From the NCBI GenBank assembly GCA_944381235.1, contig CALWKI010000042.1, positions 1 to 51,552 on the forward strand: a DNA stretch of 51,552 nucleotides. The letters are read 5' to 3'. The notes under the pieces were generated by a model. That model saw nothing but the letters and a program-made list of their open reading frames with translations. It did no database searches and was not told the DNA's origin. This stretch comes from an uncultured Clostridia bacterium (GTDB taxonomy: Bacteria > Bacillota > Clostridia > Christensenellales > UBA1242). Made by a program: the position numbers and the translations under genes. Within the stretch, counting starts at the first letter, position 1. The number at the start of each line of letters is the position of its first letter. Shown piece after piece: positions 10,664 to 20,824 of the stretch.

Positions 10664-12455
10664 GTTTTAGAATGCTCATAAATGCCTCGCTTGGAATCTC
10701 AACAGAACCTATTTGACGCATTCTTTTCTTGCCCTCCTTTTGTTTTTCAAGAAGTTTTCTTTTTCTAGAAATGTCTCCGCCGTAGCACTTTGCTAAAACG
10801 TCCTTTCTCATTGCCTTGACAGTTTCTCTTGCAATGACTTTACCTCCAATACACGCTTGTATTGGGAGTTCAAAAAGTTGGCGTGGAATAACCTCTTTTA
10901 ATTTTTCCGCTAGCCTTTTCCCTCTAGCGTATGCAAAATCCCTATGAACAATAATACTAAGCGCGTCGCACTTTTCCCCGTTTAGTAAAATATCAAGTTT
11001 TACGAGGTCACTTTTTCTAAACTCACTTATCTCATAATCTAAACTCGCGTATCCTCTCGACCTAGATTTTAGCCCATCAAAAAAATCGTACACTATCTCA
11101 TTTAATGGTATGTCATATTTTAACATTACTCTTGACTTATCAAGATACTGCATGTCAAGATACTCTCCTCTTTTTGTTTGACATAACTCCATAATATTTC
11201 CAACATATTCGGGAGGCGTATAAATTGTAACATTTGCAATAGGCTCCTGTATCTCTTTTATTTCTTGCGTAGCGGGTAAAAGTGAAGGGTTTGATATCTC
11301 AATCATACTCCCGTCAGTTTTATACACCCTATAACTGACACTTGGCGCGGTCGTTATAACATCTAAATCAAATTCTCTTTCAAGTCTCTCGGTTATAATT
11401 TCAAGATGAAGAAGACCTAAAAATCCACACCTAAAACCATAACCAAGTGCTGTTGAAACCTCTGGCATAAAGTGAAGTGAGTCGTCATTGAGTTTCAACT
11501 TTTCAAGCGCATCTTTTAAATCGTTGTACCTTGAGCCATCAACCAAAAACACTCCACAATAAACCATAGGTTTTACATCTTTATATCCTTCAAAAGGCTC
11601 AATAGTCGGATTTAGGGTATTTGTTATTGTGTCGCCGACCTTTGTTTCTGACACATTTTTAATGCTTGCACACACATAACCTACCATTCCCGTCTCAAGC
11701 ACGCTTATCTCTTTTGGACTTGGACAAAAAACACCGACTTCTGTCACGTCATAAGTCATGTTTGTCCTCATCATTTTTATCTTGTCGCCAACCTTGACAC
11801 TCCCGTCAAAAACTCTAACAAGACTCACCGCTCCCTTAAAGTTGTCGTAATAACTATCAAAAATAAGTGCTTTAAGAGGCTTATCATAGTCTCCTTTTGG
11901 ACAAGGTATTTTTTTTATAATACTTTCAAGTACCTTATCAATATTTATACCTTCTTTTGCGGATATTAGTGGTGCATCTTCGCATGATAAGCCTATTATG
12001 TCTTCAATTTCCTTTTTTACCTCTTCAACCCTTGCGCTTGGCAAATCAATTTTGTTAATTACAGGCACAATGGTAAGGTCATTTTCAAGTGCAAGATAAA
12101 CATTGGCTAAAGTCTGCGCCTCGACACCTTGTGTCGCGTCTACAACTAGTATTGCCCCTTCGCACGCCTTAAGCGACCTTGACACTTCATACGTAAAGTC
12201 AACGTGTCCCGGAGTATCAATTAGATTTAATGTGTATTCTTCTCCCTCAAACTCGTAAAACATACGGGTAGGAGTAAGCTTTATTGTTATACCCCTTTCT
12301 CTTTCAATATCCATACTATCAAGCACTTGCTCGGTGAGTTCTCTACTTGATAATGTCCCAGTTTTTTCTATGAGTCTATCTGCAAGGGTACTTTTACCAT
12401 GGTCAATATGTGCTATAATACAAAAATTTCTTGTGTTTTTGAGTTCATTGTTCAT
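10656..12455 (-). CDS. lepA: Elongation factor 4 (LepA)
   Basis: [43 protein letters not shown]. Confidence 0.99.
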   Translation of the reverse strand: MNNELKNTRNFCIIAHIDHGKSTLADRLIEKTGTLSSRELTEQVLDSMDIERERGITIKLTPTRMFYEFEGEEYTLNLIDTPGHVDFTYEVSRSLKACEGAILVVDATQGVEAQTLANVYLALENDLTIVPVINKIDLPSARVEEVKKEIEDIIGLSCEDAPLISAKEGINIDKVLESIIKKIPCPKGDYDKPLKALIFDSYYDNFKGAVSLVRVFDGSVKVGDKIKMMRTNMTYDVTEVGVFCPSPKEISVLETGMVGYVCASIKNVSETKVGDTITNTLNPTIEPFEGYKDVKPMVYCGVFLVDGSRYNDLKDALEKLKLNDDSLHFMPEVSTALGYGFRCGFLGLLHLEIITERLEREFDLDVITTAPSVSYRVYKTDGSMIEISNPSLLPATQEIKEIQEPIANVTIYTPPEYVGNIMELCQTKRGEYLDMQYLDKSRVMLKYDIPLNEIVYDFFDGLKSRSRGYASLDYEISEFRKSDLVKLDILLNGEKCDALSIIVHRDFAYARGKRLAEKLKEVIPRQLFELPIQACIGGKVIARETVKAMRKDVLAKCYGGDISRKRKLLEKQKEGKKRMRQIGSVEIPSEAFMSILKLD

Positions 12456-12807
12456 AAGTTACATTATATTAAAATTCTGTCAATAATTCAACTGATTTAA
12501 CCAAAATTAAAATCTTCTTTTCTTTACCGTTTTTTTATACCACTTTATAGGTAATAAAATAACAAAAAAGTTATATAAATATAATAAAAAGGAGCGAAAA
12601 AGTGTAAAAAAGGTTTGTATTTGTAAAAAAAATTGATATAATTTACTTATAAATTGAAAGATAAAAATATATAGAAATTTAATTTAAACATCAATTTATC
12701 TAAAGTTAATAAAATTATTAAGTAATGACACCTAAATTTTTGTCTTTAATTTAATAAATTATATATCTTTAAATTATAACCTTAGAAATTATTAGGGAGA
12801 AATAAAT

Positions 12808-13539
12808 ATGGACTTATTTAATACATGGCTAGTTAATAAATATATTGCACATAGGGGACTTCATAATGCAAAGTACCCTGAAAATAGTATGTCAGCGTTT
12901 AATAATGCAAAAGAAATGGGATATGCAGTTGAACTTGATGTGAGGGCCATTAGCGATGGCACTCCTATCGTTTTCCATGATGAGACTCTTAAAAGAATGA
13001 CTGGCGAAGACGGATATGTTATTAATGTCGAAAGCGTTGAAAAACTTAAAACTTATCACCTAAATAATACAACTGAAACTATACCAACTTTTGAAGAGGT
13101 ACTTCAAACTTTTGCGGGCAAAGTTCCAATTTTAATTGAAATAAAAGATTACAATATAAATAGTTTACTTGAAAAAAGAATTTATGACCTAATTACAAAG
13201 TATAAGGGCGACTATGCTGTTATGAGTTTTAACCCTTATTCTATGAGATGGTTTAGACGTTACGCCCCAGAAGTAGTTAGAGGTCAATTATCTTCGTCTT
13301 TCAAGGGCGAAAAACTAAATTTTTTTAAAAGGTTTATGTTAAGACGTGCAACTTTTGTTAAAAAGGTTGCCGATCCCCATTTCATTGCTTACAAATGGGA
13401 CGAAGTGCCTAATAGGTTTGTTAAAAAATTTGACGACCTCCCCCTTCTTGTTTGGTCAGTAAACACCCAAGCGGACTATATGAAGGTTGCACAACACTGC
13501 GATAACATCATTTTTGAGAATTTTAAACCAAGAATTTGA
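12808..13539 (+). CDS. Glycerophosphodiester phosphodiesterase family protein
   Basis: IAHRG, PENS, VELDV, FHD, IEIK motifs. Confidence 0.92.
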   Translation: MDLFNTWLVNKYIAHRGLHNAKYPENSMSAFNNAKEMGYAVELDVRAISDGTPIVFHDETLKRMTGEDGYVINVESVEKLKTYHLNNTTETIPTFEEVLQTFAGKVPILIEIKDYNINSLLEKRIYDLITKYKGDYAVMSFNPYSMRWFRRYAPEVVRGQLSSSFKGEKLNFFKRFMLRRATFVKKVADPHFIAYKWDEVPNRFVKKFDDLPLLVWSVNTQADYMKVAQHCDNIIFENFKPRI

Positions 13540-13566
13540 TTTGTTAATTACTAACTTTTTTATAAA

Positions 13567-13634
13567 AAAAAGAATGATACAAAATGTCATTCTTTTTGCA
13601 TTAAAAAATACAAGTTAAAAAACTTGTATTTTTT
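13567..13634. terminator. Two adjacent hairpin terminators between convergent GDPD gene and tsf
   Basis: AAAAAGAATGA/TCATTCTTTTT (13567-13597) and AAAAAATACAAGTT/AACTTGTATTTTTT (13603-13634). Confidence 0.6.
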
Positions 13635-13655
13635 TGTAGATTTTATTTTTTATCT

Positions 13656-14303
13656 TTAACCATTCATTTGGTTCATAACTTCCTCAGCAAAGTTATCTTT
13701 TCTTTTTTCTAGTCCCTCACCCATTTCGTATCTAACAAATCGTCTAATTGTTATCTTTTCACCAATTTTTAAAGTTGCCTCAGTGATTAAATCAGAGATT
13801 GTCTTTGATGGATCTTTAACAAAATCTTGTTCCATTAAGCAAACATCTTTGTAATATTTTTTTATTCTTCCTTCCACCATTTTTTCAGCAATATTTTGTG
13901 GTTTACCCTCATTTTTAGCCTGCGCGATTAAGATTTCCTTTTCTTTTTCAACATTTTCTTGTGGGACATCTTCAATTCTCACAAACTCAGGTCTTGCTGC
14001 TGCAATCTGCATAGCAACATCTTTAACAAGTTGATTAAACTCAGCACTCTTTGCAACGAAGTCAGTTTCACAGTTGATCTCAACCAAAACCCCAATTTTT
14101 CCGCCCATATGAATATAACTACCAACAAGCCCTTCGCCTGCAATCCTACCTGCTTTTTTTGCAACTGAGGCAATACCCTTTTCTCTAAGGTAGGCGACAG
14201 CCTTTTCCATATCTCCGTCGCTTGCTTGAAGAGCCTTTTGACAATCTTGAATTCCTGCACCAGTTTTTGCCCTTAATTCCTTAATATCACTTGCGTTTAT
14301 CAT
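13656..14303 (-). CDS. tsf: Elongation factor Ts (short 215-aa form)
   Basis: [21 protein letters not shown]; follows rpsB. Confidence 0.98.
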   Translation of the reverse strand: MINASDIKELRAKTGAGIQDCQKALQASDGDMEKAVAYLREKGIASVAKKAGRIAGEGLVGSYIHMGGKIGVLVEINCETDFVAKSAEFNQLVKDVAMQIAAARPEFVRIEDVPQENVEKEKEILIAQAKNEGKPQNIAEKMVEGRIKKYYKDVCLMEQDFVKDPSKTISDLITEATLKIGEKITIRRFVRYEMGEGLEKRKDNFAEEVMNQMNG

Positions 14304-14333
14304 ATTTTTCTCCTTAATTTAAAATAAAAATAA

Positions 14334-15110
14334 TTACTTTTCTTCAGCTTTATCAAGCATTTCAGCCATATTTGAAGCATCTTCTTTATTTTCAGTCATC
14401 TCTTCCTCAGTAATAGTCCTTGGAGAAACGCCTTCCTTTGCCTCAATAACAGCATCAGCCATCGCGCTAACAATAAGTTTTACGCTTCTTATTGCGTCGT
14501 CATTTGCTGGGATTGGATAATCGACATCATCTGGGTCGCAGTTTGTGTCAACTATACCAACAACAGGTATTCCAAGAGTCCTCGCTTCCTTTACTGCAAT
14601 GTGTTCCTTCTTTGGATCGACAACAAAAAGTAAACCTGGAAGTTCTGGCATATCCTTTATTCCACCAAGAGCCTTTTCAAGTTTATCCCTTTCGGCTTTT
14701 AGTTTTGCAACTTCCTTTTTAGGTAAAAACTCAAACTCGCCTACTTGTTCCATTTGATTAAGTTTATTAAGTCTTGCTATTCTAAGTTTAATTGTTTTAA
14801 AGTTTGTAAGTGTTCCACCAAGCCAACGATTGACAATGTAGAACATTCCGCATCTCTTTGCCTCTTCCATTATTGCCTCTTGCGCTTGTTTTTTTGTTCC
14901 TACAAACAAAACATTTTTTCCGCTTGCGACCATATCTCTTATAAAATAGTATGCGCTGTCGCAAAGGGACGAAGTATCCTCAAGATTAATGATATGAATG
15001 TCATTCCTTGTAGTAAAGATGTACTTCTTCATCTTTGGGTTCCACTTATTTGATTGATGACCAAAGTGTACCCCTGCCTCTAGTAGTTGTTTCATTGAAA
15101 TAACTGGCAT
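14334..15110 (-). CDS. rpsB: 30S ribosomal protein S2
   Basis: [29 protein letters not shown]. Confidence 0.99.
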   Translation of the reverse strand: MPVISMKQLLEAGVHFGHQSNKWNPKMKKYIFTTRNDIHIINLEDTSSLCDSAYYFIRDMVASGKNVLFVGTKKQAQEAIMEEAKRCGMFYIVNRWLGGTLTNFKTIKLRIARLNKLNQMEQVGEFEFLPKKEVAKLKAERDKLEKALGGIKDMPELPGLLFVVDPKKEHIAVKEARTLGIPVVGIVDTNCDPDDVDYPIPANDDAIRSVKLIVSAMADAVIEAKEGVSPRTITEEEMTENKEDASNMAEMLDKAEEK

Positions 15111-15124
15111 AATAAAAAACCTCC

Positions 15125-15225
15125 TATTCTTGTTAATCCTCCCAAGAGAACTATGTGGTTAGAGTTCCGCCCCACATATAGACTTTTTAAAAAAGCACAA
15201 GAACTTCTCTTGGTGCGAATTTTAA
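15125..15225 (-). ncRNA. Structured rpsB 5' leader (probable S2 autoregulatory element)
   Basis: Long-range stem CCAAGAGAA (15142-15150)/TTCTCTTGG (15205-15213) enclosing an inner TATGTGG/CCACATA hairpin, directly upstream of the rpsB RBS. Confidence 0.6.
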
Positions 15226-15339
15226 ACGCCTAATAGTTTATCATAATAAAAAAAATTATGCAATATTTTTTTGCATAATTTTTTTTAAAAAAGGCTACAA
15301 AAAATCCCAAAAATTAAGGCATTTTCTTTTATAAAAAAT

Positions 15340-15765
15340 TTACTTATTAAACTTAAATAAATTTAAACCTATATTTTCGTCAAATTTTCTATCAACAATG
15401 CCATCTATAATATTAATCACCATTTCGCACGTGGCACTAACTATCGCTCTATTTAAATGTCCGCCGAATACTTGTCCCTTGCCGTCCCCAGCACTAAAAT
15501 GAATGTGAGAGTAATATTCACCGTTCATAGTATTAATTGTGCCGGTCAAAGACACTATTTCAAAGTCTCCCTTGAAATTATTTGAATAATACTTCTTTTC
15601 TTTTGTTTTAAAAACTCCGACCGTAAAATCACCTACCGCCCCAAGCGCAGAAACACTTGCAAGTTTAATTTTTTCCTTTAAAGCAATTTCTTTAAGTTTT
15701 TCTAAAATCTCTTCGTTTTTATCAATTCTTGCAATAATTGTATTACCAAATCGTCTATATTCCAT
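15340..15765 (-). CDS. PPC/DUF296 domain protein
   Basis: FEIVSLTG, HIHFS, VFGGHL motifs. Confidence 0.88.
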   Translation of the reverse strand: MEYRRFGNTIIARIDKNEEILEKLKEIALKEKIKLASVSALGAVGDFTVGVFKTKEKKYYSNNFKGDFEIVSLTGTINTMNGEYYSHIHFSAGDGKGQVFGGHLNRAIVSATCEMVINIIDGIVDRKFDENIGLNLFKFNK

Positions 15766-15774
15766 AATAACCTC

Positions 15775-16206
15775 TTAGTTATCCTTATTTGCACTTTCTC
15801 TTGCTTGCTCTTTTATTTTTTTAAGTTCTAATCTTTTTTGTCTTTTTTCGTAATCTTTTATTGCGTCCGCCAAGGTATCCTTTAGAAGTTTAAAAACATA
15901 TAACCTTTCAGCCTCTATAAACCCAAGATGACTCACAATTTCCTCTTCATTTATGCTAGCATTTATAGCCTCTTGTCCTTTAAGCATATCCATTGCCTCA
16001 TCAAACACTGCAATGGTAGTAATTCCGCCAAAAACCTTGAACTTTGCCTCTTCTATAATACCTTCATTAACCCTTAAATATATCCTTGCAGTCTCGCCGT
16101 TACGCAAATTGCTTGCACTCCCCGTGCCGTCTGCACCTATCATTCGCCCAGAATTTTTAGGACTTAGAAATCTATCCATAATTTGTTTAGTATACATTTT
16201 ACTCAC
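15775..16206 (-). CDS. IscU/NifU-like scaffold homologue lacking all cysteines
   Basis: MYTKQIMDRFLSPKNSG...ADGTG...AKFKVFG aligns by eye to NifU_N; directly downstream of iscS; contains no Cys. Confidence 0.8.
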   Translation of the reverse strand: MSKMYTKQIMDRFLSPKNSGRMIGADGTGSASNLRNGETARIYLRVNEGIIEEAKFKVFGGITTIAVFDEAMDMLKGQEAINASINEEEIVSHLGFIEAERLYVFKLLKDTLADAIKDYEKRQKRLELKKIKEQARESANKDN

Positions 16207-16218
16207 TTCCTTTTTATA

Positions 16219-17382
16219 TTACTTCTTTGCCTTAAGTGGCGAAATGCTTCTTAGACGTTCTACGTCCTTTTTTAACTCTGCTACAACGTAGTCTATTTCT
16301 TCTTTAGTGTTATTTGTTCCAAATGAAAATCTAATTGTACTTTGTGCCTCTTCTATACTTTTTCCCATTGCAAGAAGAACATGGCTTGGCTCAACACTTC
16401 CCGCATCACACGCAGCCCCAGTTGAAACAGCAATACCTGCTAGGTCAAGTAAGCAAAGCAAAGCCTCTGCGTCAATATTATTAAACGACACGCTCGCAAT
16501 TTGAGGAGTCTTTTGGTGAAGGTGCCCATTAATAGTGATATTTGGAATTTCCTTTTCTAGTGTGTTTACAAAATAATCTCTTAAATACTTTGTTTTTTTG
16601 CAATCAATTATATAATTTTCTTGCAAAATTTCGCAAGCCTTGCCAAAACCTACGATTTGAGGAACGTTTAACGTCCCGCCTCTTTTTCCCTTTTCTTGTT
16701 CTCCACCAACAATAAGATTATCAATCTTAACACCCTTTTTAACATATAACGCACCAACGCCCTTTGGTCCATTGAACTTGTGAGCGCTAATACTAAGTGC
16801 GTCAACCTCAAGGTCTTTTACGTCAATTTTAAAATTACCAACAGCACTTATTGCGTCAGTATGAAATATTACACCTTTTTCGTGAGCAATTTTAGAAATT
16901 GCCTTAAGATTTTGAATTGTGCCAACCTCATTGTTCGCCGCCATTATGCTAACTAGAATTGTTTTATGTGTAATAAAGTGAAGAAGTTTTGCAATATCAA
17001 CTAGCCCCGTCTTATCAACTGGTAAATAAGTGACCTCAAAACCTAATCTTTCAAGCCTTTTACATGCCTCAAGTACGCTTTTATGCTCAATAGCTGAGGT
17101 AATTATGTGATTACCTTTTGCTCTGTTTGCAAGCGCAAGCCCAACAATAGCCCAGTTATTACTCTCTGTCCCGCCTGATGTAAAATAAATCTCGCCTCTC
17201 TCGGCGTTAATTAAACTCGCGACTCTGTCTCTCGCTTTATCTACAAGCGCACTAGCCTCTCTTCCAAACGAATGTATACTACTTGGATTGCCAAATGTAT
17301 CACCATAGCACTCTAACATCTCTGTCAAAACCTCATTTGAAACTTTTGTAGTCGCGGCATTATCAAGATAAATCTTTTGCAT
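16219..17382 (-). CDS. iscS: Cysteine desulfurase (IscS/NifS type)
   Basis: YLDNAATT, FTSGGTESNN, PLP lysine SAHKF, catalytic Cys in STGAAC. Confidence 0.95.
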   Translation of the reverse strand: MQKIYLDNAATTKVSNEVLTEMLECYGDTFGNPSSIHSFGREASALVDKARDRVASLINAERGEIYFTSGGTESNNWAIVGLALANRAKGNHIITSAIEHKSVLEACKRLERLGFEVTYLPVDKTGLVDIAKLLHFITHKTILVSIMAANNEVGTIQNLKAISKIAHEKGVIFHTDAISAVGNFKIDVKDLEVDALSISAHKFNGPKGVGALYVKKGVKIDNLIVGGEQEKGKRGGTLNVPQIVGFGKACEILQENYIIDCKKTKYLRDYFVNTLEKEIPNITINGHLHQKTPQIASVSFNNIDAEALLCLLDLAGIAVSTGAACDAGSVEPSHVLLAMGKSIEEAQSTIRFSFGTNNTKEEIDYVVAELKKDVERLRSISPLKAKK

Positions 17383-17559
17383 TTTCCTACCCTCTTTTCT
17401 CTAATTGTATTTTACTAGAAAATAGAAATTTGTCAATACCTATTGTTTAGTTAGTTTTAACAAAAAAATAAATTTAAAAATTTTCTAGACTAAGTCAATA
17501 AGAATAAATTTGGCACAAAAATTCAATTTTTTAACACTAAAAACATATGATATAGACTT

Positions 17560-18795
17560 TTATGTTACACTTTTACCAATATGAAAGTCATCTTGTTTTA
17601 TTTTCTTTATAAGGTGAAAAAAGATCATACCAGTGGCTAAATCTATTTTTTCTTGCGTACTTCCACTCACTTTTTCATTAAACACATGAATCCCTTCAGA
17701 ATTGCCAACCGCAAATGTGACAATTCCTTTTTTCACATCTCCGCAACTGGATACAACAATATCCGCCCCAGAATTTTCTAAAATTCCAAGCGCCATTTGA
17801 TAAGCAAGTTCAGAATAATCAATAACGCTTTTCTTAAAAATACTCTTTTCAACGCCAAGAAGTTTTATTTTTGAATTGTCATCAGTTGCAACTATGCTTT
17901 CACTAATAATTTCAGATGCATTTTCGAGATTGTTGTATAATGAACTTGTTAGTGCCCCAGCAGTAAAATCTTCAGCAAAAGAAAGTTTCAATTTTCTAAT
18001 TGACAAAAGAGTATATATAAACTCTTCCAAACTCTCGTCTCTTTCAGAATAAAAGTAAGGTAATAACTTTGTGTAGACTTTACTCACAATGTTTTTTTGA
18101 GCGTCGCTTCTTGTTCCACCTTTAATTTTTATTATAATTTCACCTCTAAGCATTCTTTCACTACAAATAATTTCAATAGAATATTTGTTTCTTATCTCAT
18201 CTCTAAGCAAATGTCTTAAATCACTTAATTTTATACCAAAGGTCCTTAAAATATAGGTTTTATCTTTCAAATCTTCCTTGTTATTTGAAATTATAAACGG
18301 CATAACTGAAGAAAAAAACATATGATACAATTCGTTTTCTTCAAGTGGTAATAAAAAGACTAATTTCTCTTCTTTTTCGCACAAGCATCCTTGATAAGCA
18401 CTAAATGGATTTTTTATAGTCCGGGCGACTTCTGGCATTTGGGAAAGACTCCCGTCTTCTTTTTGTAACGGAACATTCATTTCTTTTGCATACTCATCAA
18501 TGTTTTTCTTTGCATATTCATTATTTTCCATTTTAGAGTTAAATAAGTCACAAAGAAGTTTTTTGCACATATAAAACTTATCCCATTCGTTTTCACATAT
18601 GAGTATTGTTGCGTCACAAGTTGAATAAGCAAGTTTCAAGTTTTCACTTACTACACTTGCTTCACTTTTAAGCACATTTGACAATAAAACATCTTGTTTG
18701 TTCTTATAAAGCGTTGAACAAATTTGTGACAAGATATTTTGTTTATTGCTTGACATAAGTTCGCTATTTGAAACTGTAATTAATCCTATCTTCAT
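17560..18795 (-). CDS. CinA-like protein (MoCF-like + PncC-like domains), degenerate active sites
   Basis: Position after pgsA; length 411 aa; residual LRTFGI, LSFAEDFTAG, KIKLLGV, MALGILENSGADI features. Confidence 0.75.
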   Translation of the reverse strand: MKIGLITVSNSELMSSNKQNILSQICSTLYKNKQDVLLSNVLKSEASVVSENLKLAYSTCDATILICENEWDKFYMCKKLLCDLFNSKMENNEYAKKNIDEYAKEMNVPLQKEDGSLSQMPEVARTIKNPFSAYQGCLCEKEEKLVFLLPLEENELYHMFFSSVMPFIISNNKEDLKDKTYILRTFGIKLSDLRHLLRDEIRNKYSIEIICSERMLRGEIIIKIKGGTRSDAQKNIVSKVYTKLLPYFYSERDESLEEFIYTLLSIRKLKLSFAEDFTAGALTSSLYNNLENASEIISESIVATDDNSKIKLLGVEKSIFKKSVIDYSELAYQMALGILENSGADIVVSSCGDVKKGIVTFAVGNSEGIHVFNEKVSGSTQEKIDLATGMIFFHLIKKIKQDDFHIGKSVT

Positions 18796-18822
18796 TTGTT
18801 TTCCCCTTGCGACTTTTAATTT

Positions 18823-19413
18823 TTATTGAGGTTCTTTTTCTTCTTTAAATACATCCCTATTTTTGATAATGTAATGAAGTCCAGAAATTAGAGTAATAAG
18901 AGTGGTTAAAACGAGTAGCCCAAAGCAAATATAATAGCAAACGTTTAACCCTATGCCCGTAATTGTCGTCATTAAAAAACTATAAATCATAAAAAAGAGC
19001 AATGAAAAGAACTGCAAAACTGCCTTAAATTTACCAAAATAATCTGCAGAAATTATTTTATTTTTGCTTGCCGCAAGTTGACGCAAAGCGCTGACCATAA
19101 ATTCTCTTAAAATGATAATTATAGCACAAATAGCCCCATATGGAGAAGCGACCGTCCCATCGGTTATAACTAGAAGCAATGCCGTAGTTACAAACATTTT
19201 ATCTGCAATGGTGTCTAGAAAAGTCCCAAGCACTGTCACTTGTCCATTTTTCCTAGCAATATGACCATCAAGATAATCGGTTAAGATACCAATTAAAAAA
19301 AGAACAGACGCAATTAATTTTCCGCCGTATAGGAATGGCTCTGCCAAATAAAAAAAGATTATAAAAGGTATTAAAATCAGTCTACAGATTGTAATTTTGT
19401 TTGGTAAATTCAT
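18823..19413 (-). CDS. pgsA: CDP-diacylglycerol--glycerol-3-phosphate 3-phosphatidyltransferase
   Basis: MNLPNKIT, TDYLDGHIARK...GTFLDTIADK. Confidence 0.96.
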   Translation of the reverse strand: MNLPNKITICRLILIPFIIFFYLAEPFLYGGKLIASVLFLIGILTDYLDGHIARKNGQVTVLGTFLDTIADKMFVTTALLLVITDGTVASPYGAICAIIIILREFMVSALRQLAASKNKIISADYFGKFKAVLQFFSLLFFMIYSFLMTTITGIGLNVCYYICFGLLVLTTLITLISGLHYIIKNRDVFKEEKEPQ

Positions 19414-19425
19414 TTTCTCGTCCTT

Positions 19426-20742
19426 TTAATATGTACTATTTTTGTCATTTATGCCTATAAAATAATCGTCCTTAAACCCAGTTATTTTTACATCGACAAA
19501 AGAACCCGGCACAAGTTTATTATATGACTTAAAATATATTTTATAATCAACGTCAGGCGCACAAAAGTAAGGTCTTCCAACATAATATTCATCTTGCACG
19601 CCGTCAACTATAACCTTAAAAACTTGCTTTTTAAGTTTTCTATTCTTCTTTGTAATAACTTTTTGCTGTAACTTTTCAACTATTTCTAGACGCTTGTCCT
19701 TTATTTTTTCGTCTATTTGATAGTCCATATTATATGCCTCTGTCCCCTCTTCCCTAGAAAACTTAAAAAACCCTACATTATCTAATTTAAAAACCTTCAA
19801 AAATGAGCAAAGTTCTTTAAAATCTCTTTTAGTTTCATTTGGAAAGCCAACCATAAATGTAGACCTAATTTTTATATCAGGAATTTCATGTCTAAGTTTG
19901 TTTATAAGTTCAATTATATCTCTTTTTCTACTTCTTCGTCTCATATGGCTTAACATATGATTACTAATATGTTGTAAAGGTAGGTCAAGATAGTGTACTA
20001 CCTTTGGGTTATTACTCATTTCACTTATTAATTCATTTGTTATATAGTCAGGATATGCATACAAAAGTCTTATCCAAACTAATTTCTTAATTTTACCTAG
20101 CTTTCTTAAAAGATCAACTAAACTTTCCTTTCTGTCAAATCCAAACCTTGTCACATCTTGGGCAACAAGTATAATTTCCTTTACGCCATTTTGGACTAAC
20201 CCTTCAACTTCACTTACAATATCAGAAATAGATCTTGACTTATACGTCCCACGAATAAATGGAATTTTACAAAACGCACATCTATTATTACACCCATCTG
20301 CAATTTTAACATAGGCATAGTGAGTAGGCGTCGTAAGTAGGCGAGTTCTTTTACCTTTTATTTTACTATACTTTTGGTCATATAACTTAAAAATTATTTC
20401 GTCAATTTTCTCATAATCTTCTGGAGTAACAACCTTATCGATTCCACTAAATTCCTTAGTTAATCCTTCTTTCTCTAAAATTGCTAAACAACCCACAACA
20501 ATTAATTTTTCAAGTTTTGCAGTTTTCTTAAGTGCTAAAATTTCTTTTATTGTCTCTTTTGCCTCACTCCTTGCCATTTCAATAAACGCACAGGTATTAA
20601 TTATTATAATATTTGCCTGAGTCTCATCCCCTACGATTTCAAATTCTGGTCTAGAAAGTTTGGTAACCATATTTTCAGTGTCAACTCTATTCTTATCGCA
20701 ACCTAAAGAAATAAAGCCAATCGTCTTTTTAAATTCACTCAT
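19426..20742 (-). CDS. rimO: Ribosomal protein S12 methylthiotransferase
   Basis: SLGCDKNRVDTE, INTCAFI, radical SAM CNNRCAFC; rimO-pgsA synteny. Confidence 0.94.
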   Translation of the reverse strand: MSEFKKTIGFISLGCDKNRVDTENMVTKLSRPEFEIVGDETQANIIIINTCAFIEMARSEAKETIKEILALKKTAKLEKLIVVGCLAILEKEGLTKEFSGIDKVVTPEDYEKIDEIIFKLYDQKYSKIKGKRTRLLTTPTHYAYVKIADGCNNRCAFCKIPFIRGTYKSRSISDIVSEVEGLVQNGVKEIILVAQDVTRFGFDRKESLVDLLRKLGKIKKLVWIRLLYAYPDYITNELISEMSNNPKVVHYLDLPLQHISNHMLSHMRRRSRKRDIIELINKLRHEIPDIKIRSTFMVGFPNETKRDFKELCSFLKVFKLDNVGFFKFSREEGTEAYNMDYQIDEKIKDKRLEIVEKLQQKVITKKNRKLKKQVFKVIVDGVQDEYYVGRPYFCAPDVDYKIYFKSYNKLVPGSFVDVKITGFKDDYFIGINDKNSTY

Positions 20743-20824
20743 ATAATAATATCCTCATTAGTCTTTTTTCTCACAAAATAGAAATAAAAATACTTATAAT
20801 AAGTACTTTTATCTCTTTATTTTT

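Noticed and set aside
13656-14303. EF-Ts looks truncated (215 aa)
   Set aside because: The short form is a known natural variant and ends with the normal C-terminal NFAEEV motif.
17437-17510. Possible Rrf2/IscR-type operators upstream of iscS
   Set aside because: Only loose AT-rich resemblance; cannot be distinguished from background without a matrix scan.
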